64,000 nucleotides of DNA from positions 480,001 to 544,000 of the forward strand of contig CAVOYH010000003.1 of assembly GCA_963700635.1 (NCBI GenBank). The letters run 5' to 3'. The notes below the pieces were generated by a model. The model worked only from the letters and a program-made list of their open reading frames with translations. It searched no databases and had not been told where the DNA came from. Below, in pieces: positions 1 through 10,637 of the stretch (within the stretch, counting starts at the first letter, position 1; the number at the start of each line of letters is the position of its first letter). The position numbers and the translations under genes are program-made. The DNA is from an uncultured Bacteroidota bacterium (GTDB taxonomy: Bacteria; Bacteroidota; Ignavibacteria; UBA10030; UBA6906).

Positions 1-1230
1 GCGCACCATATTGACGATTCCGTTGTCCGGATCGTTCTCGGGCGGGAACTTGTGCTCCGGCGTGCACGCGGCTACGCACCGTTGCCTGTGTCCCTTCCGG
101 AAGATGTCCCTGACCTTCTCGCCGTTGGCGCTCAGATGAAAAACACGGTCGCTCTCTCCCGCGGTAATCAGGTGTTTATCAGTCAGCATTTAGGCGATCT
201 TGAAACTCCGGAAGCCTTTGAAACGTTTCGGAAAGAGACAGCGCTCATTCAGGAACTCTTTGATGGGAAACCGGCTGCGGTTGTATCTGACCTCCATCCG
301 GACTATCTTTCAACCGGCTACACGCGGGAACGACCGGAACCGGTAATTGCCATTCAGCATCACATCGCGCACGTTGCCGCGTGTATGGCCGAGAACGCAC
401 TCACACAGTCGGCGTTGGGAGTGGCATGGGACGGCACGGGACTGGGAACCGACGGGACCGTCTGGGGGGGAGAATGGTTCACTGTTCACGATGGGTCCTT
501 TACCAGAGTCGCTCATCTGCGCCACTTCCCGCTACCCGGAGGGGATCAGGCAGCACGTGAACCGCGCCGCAGCGCCCTCGGGGTGCTGTACGCGATGATG
601 GGAAATCAGGTTTTTGAACGATCAGACCTTCTTCCGGTTGTCTCCTGGTCAGAACGCGAACGGACGATTCTCCGGCAGATGCTCTCACAGAGAATACACG
701 CGCCGCTGACATCCAGCGTGGGACGATTGTTCGATGCCGTGAGTGCCCTGATTGGCCTCAGGATGCAGAACATGTTTGAAGGGCAGGCCGCAATGGAACT
801 GGAATGGACCGCGACCGGCAGCCAATCCTTCCCCCAAGATCCGGCGGGGAGACGTGTGGAGTCCGCGTACCCGTTTCAGCTTGTGGAACCGGCGATCCAG
901 GGACATCCTCTGGTCGTCGATTGGGAACCAATGATACTGGCTCTTCTCGATGATCTCCGGGCAGCAACGCCAGCTGCCACACTCGCTGACAGATTCCACC
1001 GGACTCTGGCGGCTATCGTCGGTACGCTCGCAGAGCGCTTCGCCATTGAACGGGTTGTTCTTACCGGAGGATGTTTTCAGAATGTTCTGCTCACGGAGCT
1101 TGTTGTGAACGATCTGCGCGCCCGTCACTTCCGCCCGTACTGGCACCAGCGGGTACCACCCAATGACGGGGGAATCGCGCTGGGACAGATTGCCGCGGCA
1201 GCCCGTTTGTTTCAAACTCGCGTACCCTGA
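1..1230 (+). CDS. hypF: Carbamoyltransferase HypF, 5'-truncated by the window edge
   Basis: Frame is open from base 1 (AHHIDDSVVR...LRRARGYAP). Motifs SQHLGDL, DLHPDY, QHHIAH, DGTGLG, TSSVGRLFDAV and PPNDGGIALGQ. Followed by hypC/D/E. Confidence 0.96.
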   Translation, partial: AHHIDDSVVRIVLGRELVLRRARGYAPLPVSLPEDVPDLLAVGAQMKNTVALSRGNQVFISQHLGDLETPEAFETFRKETALIQELFDGKPAAVVSDLHPDYLSTGYTRERPEPVIAIQHHIAHVAACMAENALTQSALGVAWDGTGLGTDGTVWGGEWFTVHDGSFTRVAHLRHFPLPGGDQAAREPRRSALGVLYAMMGNQVFERSDLLPVVSWSERERTILRQMLSQRIHAPLTSSVGRLFDAVSALIGLRMQNMFEGQAAMELEWTATGSQSFPQDPAGRRVESAYPFQLVEPAIQGHPLVVDWEPMILALLDDLRAATPAATLADRFHRTLAAIVGTLAERFAIERVVLTGGCFQNVLLTELVVNDLRARHFRPYWHQRVPPNDGGIALGQIAAAARLFQTRVP

Positions 1231-1283
1231 CCCCGGCGCCCCCGACGTCGTAAGCAGAGAACCACAAGCAGGAAGGAGAACCG

Positions 1284-1512
1284 ATGTGCCTCGCCGTACC
1301 CGGTAAAGTGCTGGAGATTGACCGCACAAGGACCCCCGTGATGGGGACTGTCGATTTTGCGGGAGTGCAGAAACACATCTGCCTTGAGTGGGTGCCGGAA
1401 GCTCAGATCGGCAACTATGTCATCGTCCATGTTGGCTTTGCTCTTCATACGGTGGACGAAGAGGAGGCCGAAGAGACGTTACGCATGCTGAAAGAGATGG
1501 GCGGACTCGACG

Positions 1513-1526
<14 letters not shown>
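1284..1526 (+). CDS. hypC: Hydrogenase maturation chaperone HypC/HupF
   Basis: N-terminal MCLAVPG and the YVIVHVGFA motif; AAGGAG RBS upstream. Confidence 0.97.
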
Positions 1527-2599
<1,073 letters not shown>

Positions 2600-2607
<8 letters not shown>

Positions 2608-3661
2608 GAAGACATCCGGACGTGAAGGGTTTGCCTGCCCGCTTCCCATTTCCCGTTATCCCAAAGTCCTCCTGGCTCATGGAGGCGGCGGCAGACTTTC
2701 CCATGACCTTGTCGAGCAGCTTTTTCTTCCGGCCTTCCGCAACCCTCTCCTCGAACCGTTACATGATGGCGCGCTGTTGACGGTCCCGGGCCAGCACCTG
2801 GCATTCACAACAGACTCCTATGTGGTTCATCCGCTCTTCTTCCCGGGTGGGTCGATCGGGGAACTGGCCGTCTACGGCACGGTGAACGACCTCGCCATGT
2901 GCGGGGCCAGGCCATTGTACCTGTCAGCAGCCATGATACTCGAAGAGGGCCTGCCCATGGACGACCTCCTGCGCATTGTCACCGCAATGCGGACGGCAGC
3001 AGATCTGGCCGGAGTCTCTCTCGTGACCGGAGATACAAAGGTTGTTGATCGGGGAAAAGGGGACGGGGTGTTCATCACCACGTCCGGAATCGGCGTTATT
3101 CCCGATGGTGTGAACATCCGCCCCACAGAGGTCCGGCCCGGCGATGCCATTCTCATCAACGGCCCGATCGCCCAGCACGGCATTGCAATCATGTCAGTAC
3201 GGGAAGGACTCTCCTTCGAAACCACCATTGTGAGCGACACCGCACCTCTCCATGCTCTTGTGGAGTCCATGCTGACAGCGTCCCCGGACATCCATGTCCT
3301 ACGCGACCCGACCCGTGGGGGCGTGGCCAGTACGCTCAACGAGATCGCTTCCCAGGGGCACGTGGGCATTGAGCTCGAGGAAGATTCAGTCCCGATCGAT
3401 GAAGATGTCCGGGGAGCATGTGAGATACTCGGGTTTGATCCGTTGTACGTTGCCAATGAAGGCAAAGTCATCGTCATCCTGCCCGATTCGTCCGCCGGGC
3501 GTGTGCTGGATGCCATGCACAACCATCCACTCGGACGCCGGGCAGCATGTATCGGTCGTGTTGTTGAGACGCACGCCGGTGTTGTGACGCTCCGCAGCCG
3601 GATTGGCAGTTCGCGTGTTGTGGACATGCTTTCCGGTGAACAGCTTCCACGCATCTGCTGA
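2600..3661 (+). CDS. hypE: Carbamoyl dehydratase HypE
   Basis: ATG at 2600 overlaps the hypD end. Motifs [34 protein letters not shown] and ANEGK; C-terminal GEQLPRIC. Confidence 0.97.
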
Positions 3662-3672
3662 GGAGTTTGCGA

Positions 3673-4740
3673 ATGGCACATCCAGAACACTGTACCATAC
3701 TGGTTGTGAATCCCGGTTCCACATCGACCAAGATGGCGTTGTACGAAGAAGACCGGCTGCTCTCCTCCCACACGCGGCACCATGACGCAAAAACACTGGA
3801 GAGGCTGGGTGGGGTCTGGCAGCAGTTTGAATTCCGGCTTCACCAGGTGCGTGAATGGACGCGGGCCTTGACTCAACATCTCTCGGCAGTGGTCGGAATC
3901 GGGGGACTTTTCCGGCCGGTACAGGGAGGAACCTACCGCGTCACGAACCGTATGCTCGAGGATGCCCGTGCAAATCTCCAGGGAGAACACGCCTCAAATC
4001 TCGGATGTGCAATGGCGCACACGCTTGCACAGGAATTTGACTGCGAGGCGTATGTGGTCGATCCTGTCTCCGTCGACGAACTCGAGCCCCTCTCCCGCTA
4101 CAGCGGACACCCGCTCATTCAGAGGAGCAGCCTGTCACATGCCCTGAACATCCATGCAGCAGCCCGCAGGGCGGTAGAAGAAGTGAAGATTCCTCTTTCA
4201 TCCTCTTCGCTGGTGATTGCACATCTCGGAGGAGGCATTTCCATTGCACCGGTGAAGGGGGGACGCATCATTGATATCAATGATGCCTCCAGCGATGGAC
4301 CGTTTTCCCCCGAACGCACCGGAGGACTCCCTCTCCAGCAATTTATCACACTCTGTTTTTCGGGCACGTTTTCGGAGCCTGATGTGCGCCACCTCGTGTG
4401 GGGGAATGGCGGACTGATGGCCTATCTTGGCACCAATTCCGCGATGGAGGTGGAGGAGCGGATCCGCCGCGGCGACGAGACTGCTCAGGAGGTTTATGAG
4501 GCGATGGCATATCAGATCGCCAAGGAAATAGGCGCGATGGCCTGCGCCCTCAAGGGAAAAGTGAATGCCGTGGTGCTTACCGGAGGACTGGCATCTTCAG
4601 CCATGCTGGTGGCATGGGTTACCGACCGGGTCCGGTTTATCGCGCCCATTCTTGTGTATCCGGGGGAAGACGAAATGCGTACGCTCGCGGCTGAGACCCT
4701 TGCGGTGCTGCGCGGGACAATGACACCACTCGACTATTAA
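3673..4740 (+). CDS. buk: Butyrate (branched-chain carboxylate) kinase
   Basis: Motifs NPGSTSTK, HASNLG, VDPVSVDE, HALN, AHLGGGISI, GPFSPER and YPGEDEM; AGGAG RBS 7 nt before ATG 3673. Confidence 0.95.
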   Translation: MAHPEHCTILVVNPGSTSTKMALYEEDRLLSSHTRHHDAKTLERLGGVWQQFEFRLHQVREWTRALTQHLSAVVGIGGLFRPVQGGTYRVTNRMLEDARANLQGEHASNLGCAMAHTLAQEFDCEAYVVDPVSVDELEPLSRYSGHPLIQRSSLSHALNIHAAARRAVEEVKIPLSSSSLVIAHLGGGISIAPVKGGRIIDINDASSDGPFSPERTGGLPLQQFITLCFSGTFSEPDVRHLVWGNGGLMAYLGTNSAMEVEERIRRGDETAQEVYEAMAYQIAKEIGAMACALKGKVNAVVLTGGLASSAMLVAWVTDRVRFIAPILVYPGEDEMRTLAAETLAVLRGTMTPLDY

Positions 4741-4750
4741 GGAACCCACC

Positions 4751-5659
4751 ATGATCTCCTCGTTCGCAGAACTCCGATCGGCCGCCCGGCAACATCCGGG
4801 CAGCCGTGTTGTTATCGTCGCGCCCCATACTCCGGAGATCCTGGCTGCAGCACGGGATGCCGAAGAATCTCTCGGCGTCTGCTGTGTACTGGTGGGTAAC
4901 CCCGCAACAATGGCCACAGAACCAGCCACAACGGCAATGGAACGTCATGAAGCGGTTTCTGTTCATGACGCGCTGAAGATATCCCTGACTCTCATTCGCT
5001 CCGGGAAAGGAGACGTTCTCATGAAGGGCAGCGTTGATACCTCAACACTCATGAAAGCGATCCTCGACGAAACAACCGGTCTGAGAACGGGACGGGTTCT
5101 CTCGGACGTGGTGATGTTTGAATACGACGGTGGTCCGGAAAGACGGCTCGTGATGATTACCGACGGCGGAGTCGTCACGACGCCGGATCTGAAAATGAAA
5201 CGGGAGCTCATCGTGAATGCTGTCGCCGTGGCGCACGCACTCGGCAACCCGCTTCCGAAAGTCGCCGTGCTTTCTGCAACCGAGTTCGTCAATCCGGTAC
5301 TCCCTTCCACGCTGGATGCTGCGGCGCTTTCCAAAATGTGCGAACGGGGTCAGATCACCGGGTGTCTTGTTGAGGGTCCGCTTGCTCTGGATAACGCCCT
5401 TTCACCCGAGGCAGCAGCGGAAAAAGGGTTACACTCGCCGGTAGCAGGGTCCGCCGACATCCTGGTTGGTCATTCGATTGAAGTGTCTAACAGTCTCGCG
5501 AAAGGGGCTACCTACTTTGCGGGACTGATGCCCGCCCACGTCATGGTGGGCGCAACGGTGCCTGTGCTCATCCCTTCAAGGGCAGACGGGAGCGAGGCGA
5601 GGATCCTGTCAATGGCTCTGGGCGTGCTCATGGCGCACGGAAAACCGGCTGGTGGATAG
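4751..5659 (+). CDS. ptb: Phosphate butyryl/acyltransferase (PTA_PTB family)
   Basis: Motifs LMKGSVDTS, ITDGG, VEGPLALDNA, VAGSADIL and PSRAD; directly downstream of buk. Confidence 0.88.
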   Translation: MISSFAELRSAARQHPGSRVVIVAPHTPEILAAARDAEESLGVCCVLVGNPATMATEPATTAMERHEAVSVHDALKISLTLIRSGKGDVLMKGSVDTSTLMKAILDETTGLRTGRVLSDVVMFEYDGGPERRLVMITDGGVVTTPDLKMKRELIVNAVAVAHALGNPLPKVAVLSATEFVNPVLPSTLDAAALSKMCERGQITGCLVEGPLALDNALSPEAAAEKGLHSPVAGSADILVGHSIEVSNSLAKGATYFAGLMPAHVMVGATVPVLIPSRADGSEARILSMALGVLMAHGKPAGG

Positions 5660-5709
5660 AACATTTCAGGAGGGTCGGAACGCAAAACAGCGGGGAGACT
5701 CAGCAGCGA

Positions 5710-5740
5710 AGCAGGAAGCAGGTGGTGCTTCCTGCTCTTT
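5710..5740. terminator. Stem-loop between convergent ptb and fatty-acid hydroxylase genes
   Basis: Perfect 11-bp stem AGCAGGAAGCA (5710-5720) / TGCTTCCTGCT (5726-5736), 5-nt loop, followed by CTTT. Confidence 0.65.
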
Positions 5741-5755
5741 ACGATCCGGACAGTC

Positions 5756-6406
5756 CTACCGCCGAACCTCAGCTGGAGATTCTTCTTCAGTCGGATCCAT
5801 GGTCCCGAAAACATAATCCCACAGCGGAGAGCTGACACCATACCCTCTTCCGGGATTACGATAATGATGCAGAATATGATGATGCTTCATCTTCTGCCAT
5901 AGGCCGAATTTCATGGGGGCATGATGGGTGGCGTAATGGATTTCATCGTAAAAAATATAGCCGAGCATAAAACCGGCAAAAAAGGGCGCCGTATACATGG
6001 GGCCAAGCACAAGAGTAAACACACCAAAGAATAAGGACGCGAGGGGGATACTCACTGAGGGAGGCATGACAAGGCGTTTGGAGTCGTTGGGATATTCGTG
6101 ATGAACTCCGTGCATCATAAAATGCAGGTATTTTCCCCAGGAACTCTTCGGTTCGTAGTGGAACACAAAACGATGGAGCATATATTCCGTAAACGTCCAG
6201 AATAGGATTCCGACGACAAACAGCGACACAATCATCGATGTTGTCAGTCCGGGAGTGACCGCAGCCTGATACACGAAGTAAATCACGACAGGCAGATACA
6301 CGATTATGGGGACACTCCAGTGGACATGTGTGAAAAATTCAAGCACATTGCTCTTGAAAATCCGTGCTGATTCATCCTTATTGGACGTATAGAGTTTGGC
6401 CATCAT
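5756..6406 (-). CDS. Fatty-acid hydroxylase / sterol desaturase family protein (FA2H/Scs7-like, no cytochrome b5 domain)
   Basis: Di-metal His boxes EYMLHRFVFH, HGVHHEYP, IHYATHH and HHILHHY; RLVMPP and GVSSPLWD motifs; about 4 TM segments. Confidence 0.9.
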   Translation of the reverse strand: MMAKLYTSNKDESARIFKSNVLEFFTHVHWSVPIIVYLPVVIYFVYQAAVTPGLTTSMIVSLFVVGILFWTFTEYMLHRFVFHYEPKSSWGKYLHFMMHGVHHEYPNDSKRLVMPPSVSIPLASLFFGVFTLVLGPMYTAPFFAGFMLGYIFYDEIHYATHHAPMKFGLWQKMKHHHILHHYRNPGRGYGVSSPLWDYVFGTMDPTEEESPAEVRR

Positions 6407-6485
6407 TATCCTCCTGAGCAGTTTTCGAACGGGAACAGGAGAACATACATACTTTTAGACTATTTTTCAAATTCATGACCATCCT

Positions 6486-6986
6486 ATGAAACAAGACTGC
6501 ACGATCCGCCCCGCCGGAGTCAAGGACCGGGATCAAATTTTGTACCTCGTGAGGGGGTTGGCAGATTATGAAAAACTCACCCCTCCCGACGAGGCCGCCC
6601 AGGAGAGACTTCTCCGGGACATGTTCTCCTCCCCCCCGCGCATACAGGCCTATCTGGCCGAGGTGGATGGCACAGCCGCCGGATATGCGTTTGTTTTTGA
6701 GACATACTCGAGCTTTCTCGCCCTCCCCACCCTCTATCTCGAAGACCTGTTCGTGCTTCCGGAATACCGGAACCGCAAGATCGGGTATGCCCTCTTCTCC
6801 TTCGTCGTGGAAGAAGCGCACAGGCGAGGGTGCGGACGAATGGAGTGGTCGGTTCTGGACTGGAACACCCTTGCAATCGATTTCTATAAACGTATGGGAG
6901 CTCTCCATTTGCACGAATGGCATGTGTACAGACTGGTCCGGTCTGATATGGAGCGTATTATGCAGGATTCTCAGCTCCCACGATGA
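6486..6986 (+). CDS. GNAT N-acetyltransferase (diamine acetyltransferase-like)
   Basis: Motifs LADYEK, LYLEDLFVLPEYRNRKIG and MEWSVLDWN..AIDFYKRMGA. Confidence 0.9.
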   Translation: MKQDCTIRPAGVKDRDQILYLVRGLADYEKLTPPDEAAQERLLRDMFSSPPRIQAYLAEVDGTAAGYAFVFETYSSFLALPTLYLEDLFVLPEYRNRKIGYALFSFVVEEAHRRGCGRMEWSVLDWNTLAIDFYKRMGALHLHEWHVYRLVRSDMERIMQDSQLPR

Positions 6987-7816
6987 GCCTTCCCTCCCGG
7001 GTCTCCCTGTTCCTCGCCCTGCTACTCCTGCCCGGCTTCCGGGGGGATCTGCGTGCACAACCATTGGCGGATTCCATGGCTGTGCAGTTCTTTCCCACCG
7101 AACAGCTCTTTCCCCGACTGCTTGCTGATGGGACAACCCATCAACTGGGTATCGCCAAAGATCTCCATTCACGGCGCTGGCTGGGGAGTATAGGAGCCTT
7201 GCGCCCCGTGTTCCAGTTTTCTCTCGGAACAGTGGTTCTGCAGGCGGGAATCGGCGCGACAGTGCAAACAAGTATCCTCAGGAAATCCCCTCACCTTCAG
7301 GTGGTAACGGTAGATTTTTTTGTTGACGTCCCTGTTGATATCCGTCTGTCACGGGTGCTCACGCTCCGTACCGGTTATGGCCACTACAGCGCCCACCTTG
7401 CAGACGATGGAATTGAATTGTTCGGCCGTTCGTCTATCAATTACGCCAAGGACTACATTCGTCTGCTGTCCGCGTATGCTCTTCCGGTGTTAGGGGGATT
7501 CGTGTACGGGGGCGGACGGATGGACTTCCATACCCTTCCCGAAACGCAGAAGCACTGGGTGGCACAATTCGGAGGCGAAGTTGGGAACATCACCATCTTG
7601 CCGAACGTCAACCTGTATGGCGCGTTTGATTGCCGGCTCAAGGAGGAGGCCGCCTGGCGATCAACCCAGAGTTACCAGCTCGGGGTCAAGCTGTTCGAAC
7701 GTCCGGCGGGCAGGGCGCGTATCGCGTACACATTACGCAGAGGCATCGATGACCGCGGACAGTTTTACACGTCCGAGACCGATCTCAGCCTGTTTGGCGT
7801 GTTCGTCGATTTCTGA
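6983..7816 (+). CDS. Exported, probable outer-membrane beta-barrel protein (DUF1207-like)
   Basis: Signal peptide; GHYSAHLADD motif; amphipathic beta strands; terminal F; ATGA overlap with the GNAT gene. Confidence 0.65.
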   Translation: MSLPSRVSLFLALLLLPGFRGDLRAQPLADSMAVQFFPTEQLFPRLLADGTTHQLGIAKDLHSRRWLGSIGALRPVFQFSLGTVVLQAGIGATVQTSILRKSPHLQVVTVDFFVDVPVDIRLSRVLTLRTGYGHYSAHLADDGIELFGRSSINYAKDYIRLLSAYALPVLGGFVYGGGRMDFHTLPETQKHWVAQFGGEVGNITILPNVNLYGAFDCRLKEEAAWRSTQSYQLGVKLFERPAGRARIAYTLRRGIDDRGQFYTSETDLSLFGVFVDF

Positions 7817-7823
7817 ATCACAC

Positions 7824-10079
7824 CTATAGCCTCCTTGCCAGCACGACCGCCTTCTTCGCAGTCACGATATTCCCTCCCTGCCCATCGATTGCTTCAACAT
7901 AGAGGATGTAGATGCCTGTCCGGAGGGGTTGCCGGTTGTTGTCATATCCATCCCAGACCACCTCACCCGCCGCTCCGGCCGGAGCGGTGTTTATCAGATC
8001 GCGCACGCACCGGCCTCGCAGGTCAAAGACCTTTATGCGTACCAGAGCGGACCGCAACGGTAGCCGGTAACGGATGACGGTCACATCATCACGGCCATCG
8101 GCATCGGGAGAGAATGGATCGGGCATACAGGAGAGAGATGCATCACCGGGCAACACGGCGACCGCGATGCTGTTCACCTGACCCGGAGTCCCTCCTGATC
8201 CATGCACGCTTGTGCCCCAGTTGTTCGGATCGTTTCCAGAAAGATGTGGATGGTACCGCTCCATTGAGCGGCCGGCCGGATCGGGAACATTGGCCGAGTG
8301 CCATGAAACCAGGTACGCTACGCTATCCACCATGCTTCCGTCGGGTGCATACACCACCACGCAGTCCCCTTCATTATTTAGCCCGAGTCCGGTTCGGTTG
8401 ACAACGCTACACTGCTGCGGGTTGCAGCCGGGCCAGCGGAGTACAGTGGAATCACCCGCAACCACGTGAAACTCCCCCGGGCGTAGACGATGCGACGAGA
8501 CGGTTACGGGCCACCGGTTAACACTGCCCGAAAGGAGTGGCCTGTCCGAGATCCAGCACCCTGACAAATCCACCTCCGCTGTTCCACAATTGATCAGTTC
8601 CACATACTCTGCGGTACCCCCGATCGGGGACGCCATAATCTCGTTGACCCTGATCATGCCACGGGGAATCGGCAACATGATCGCAGATACCCTTCGATTG
8701 TTCTCCGGGCGCTGATCTCCGGGCCATACGATTTCAGCAAGGATCAGAGTGTTCCCCGGACGTGGCTGGCTCCAAACCAAATCGACAGCAAGGGAATCTC
8801 CGGGAGAGATCATCCAGGTTACCAATGCTGATGCCACAACTCTGGCGTCGGAGACCACCGAGTCGCTTCCGGGGGCGCAATACAGGCGAACGGAGAAGTT
8901 GCCCGACGGTTGCCTTCCAGGATTGTACACGACAAGCCGGAGGAGTGCCGACTCCGGAAGAGCCGCCGATACCACCGACACGGTTCCTGCCCGGAGGTCA
9001 TTTTCCCGGATGACGATGCTATTGATACGCCCGGGTGTTCCCCGTGATGATTCAAGACAACTCCCCCACAGACGTCCATCCAGGGCCGGCCGGAGGGGGT
9101 CTATACGTTCGAGCGTTATCCCTGCACCGCCTCCCCACTCTTGCCTGTACCAGACACTATCCATGCACCGTCCGTAATGGTCCCGCAGAAGTACACGATC
9201 TCCTGTGTTGTTCAATGAAGGAAATCCATCAGGCTGGAAGATCTTGATATGCTCCGCAGGGAAAAAGGCCCGGAAGGAAGACGAATCAGCCACCACAACA
9301 GTGTAACCCTCCGCCTCCAGCACAGAGGTGTGGTTCGTGAGACGGTGGGATGTTGATTCTGAAGCATCGCTCAATGTCCACCCTTTCAGGTCGACGGCCT
9401 GCGGACCAGTATTGTACAGTTCGATCCATTCCGGTTCATTGGACGCCGGCTGGTACTGGATTTCATTCACCACGACTGCGCCCGCAGGTACTTCCGGAAG
9501 GGCAACGGTGATACGGACATCGTCAATCCTGAATGTGCCTGTGGTTCCTGCGGCGTCCGGAAGAATATGAAAACGGACAACCACTTCCCGGCATCCTTCG
9601 AGCGCCAGCGGCAGGGGAAGGTCTGCCTGGACGTATGATGAGCCGCTCCCAAGGGCTGGCGCATCGCCGACCACATGAACGAAAGTCGTGCCGCCATCGA
9701 CCGAGGCTTCAACAACACATCGGGCAGCAAATGTTGAAGAGCGTCGGACCAGAAAGCGAATTCGATCCGGTTTTCCCGACGAACAATCAATCAGGGGAGT
9801 GTCCAGCCATTGCTCCACGGTAGCATTGCTGGCTAAAACCGCATTGGGGACACTGGATGGTGAGGAAGTCACACAGGTAAAATCGGGAACACCGGGAGTT
9901 CGTTGAGTTGAGGAGCGCCAGCCCGGGGGTAACGCAGGAGGGATTGTGGTGTCAAATGTCTCCTCATAGGGTAATGATACCCCCTGCATCGCACCAAGAG
10001 CACACCCCAGGGAAATGCTAACAGGCAAGAATGACAAAACGCAAATCCTGGCGAATGGACGCATGATCAATCCAACCAT
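7824..10079 (-). CDS. Secreted protein with two lamin-tail domains, a CARDB-like domain and a C-terminal gliding-motility/FlgD-like sorting domain
   Basis: Repeats VVVNEIQYQP..EWIELYN..VDLKGWTLSD and IRVNEIMASP..EYVELIN..VDLSGCWISD; C-terminal PDPFSPDADGRDD..VFDLRG..WDG..GIY. Start is 10079 or 10064; the ORF-track start at 10214 overlaps the divergent gene. Confidence 0.82.
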   Translation of the reverse strand: MVGLIMRPFARICVLSFLPVSISLGCALGAMQGVSLPYEETFDTTIPPALPPGWRSSTQRTPGVPDFTCVTSSPSSVPNAVLASNATVEQWLDTPLIDCSSGKPDRIRFLVRRSSTFAARCVVEASVDGGTTFVHVVGDAPALGSGSSYVQADLPLPLALEGCREVVVRFHILPDAAGTTGTFRIDDVRITVALPEVPAGAVVVNEIQYQPASNEPEWIELYNTGPQAVDLKGWTLSDASESTSHRLTNHTSVLEAEGYTVVVADSSSFRAFFPAEHIKIFQPDGFPSLNNTGDRVLLRDHYGRCMDSVWYRQEWGGGAGITLERIDPLRPALDGRLWGSCLESSRGTPGRINSIVIRENDLRAGTVSVVSAALPESALLRLVVYNPGRQPSGNFSVRLYCAPGSDSVVSDARVVASALVTWMISPGDSLAVDLVWSQPRPGNTLILAEIVWPGDQRPENNRRVSAIMLPIPRGMIRVNEIMASPIGGTAEYVELINCGTAEVDLSGCWISDRPLLSGSVNRWPVTVSSHRLRPGEFHVVAGDSTVLRWPGCNPQQCSVVNRTGLGLNNEGDCVVVYAPDGSMVDSVAYLVSWHSANVPDPAGRSMERYHPHLSGNDPNNWGTSVHGSGGTPGQVNSIAVAVLPGDASLSCMPDPFSPDADGRDDVTVIRYRLPLRSALVRIKVFDLRGRCVRDLINTAPAGAAGEVVWDGYDNNRQPLRTGIYILYVEAIDGQGGNIVTAKKAVVLARRL

Positions 10080-10171
10080 TGCGGCATAAGCATACACCCA
10101 TACTACCCGCCAGTTTGCTTTATTGCGAAAGAATCCATATATACCGTTGTTCTTTGAGCAAGGTGAAGAAT

Positions 10172-10543
10172 ATGGACGAGACGAGAATACTGATTGCTGA
10201 TGATGAGGAGGCACTTCGCGAGCTGCTTCGCGAGCAGTTGACCGCTCAAGGGTATTCTATTGATGAAGCCCAGGACGGTGTGGAAGCGATGGAGAAGCTT
10301 CATCAACATTCATATCATCTGGCAATTCTTGACATTAACATGCCGCGAAAGAACGGGCTTGAAGTGTTAAAACATATCCGCGAGCAGAAGCTGCCGATGC
10401 GGGTCATCATGCTCACCGGACGGCTTGGCTTTTCCGTGGGCTCGGAGAGTATGTTGCTGGGAGCGGATGAGTACATCACCAAACCGTTTGATCTTGACTA
10501 TCTGGAAATGGCTATCAAGAAGGTTTTAGCGCCATCCCCGTGA
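10172..10543 (+). CDS. Single-domain response regulator (CheY-like receiver)
   Basis: ILIADDE, LDINMP (phospho-Asp), MLTG and YITKPF motifs. Confidence 0.92.
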   Translation: MDETRILIADDEEALRELLREQLTAQGYSIDEAQDGVEAMEKLHQHSYHLAILDINMPRKNGLEVLKHIREQKLPMRVIMLTGRLGFSVGSESMLLGADEYITKPFDLDYLEMAIKKVLAPSP

Positions 10544-10637
10544 GATCGGATCCCGGATGGTTTTCCTGCTCCGCTCTGTTTCATTCCCACCTGGTTCAAG
10601 CCTCCTGTCGCACGGCACCATGTTGTGTATCGCCATA

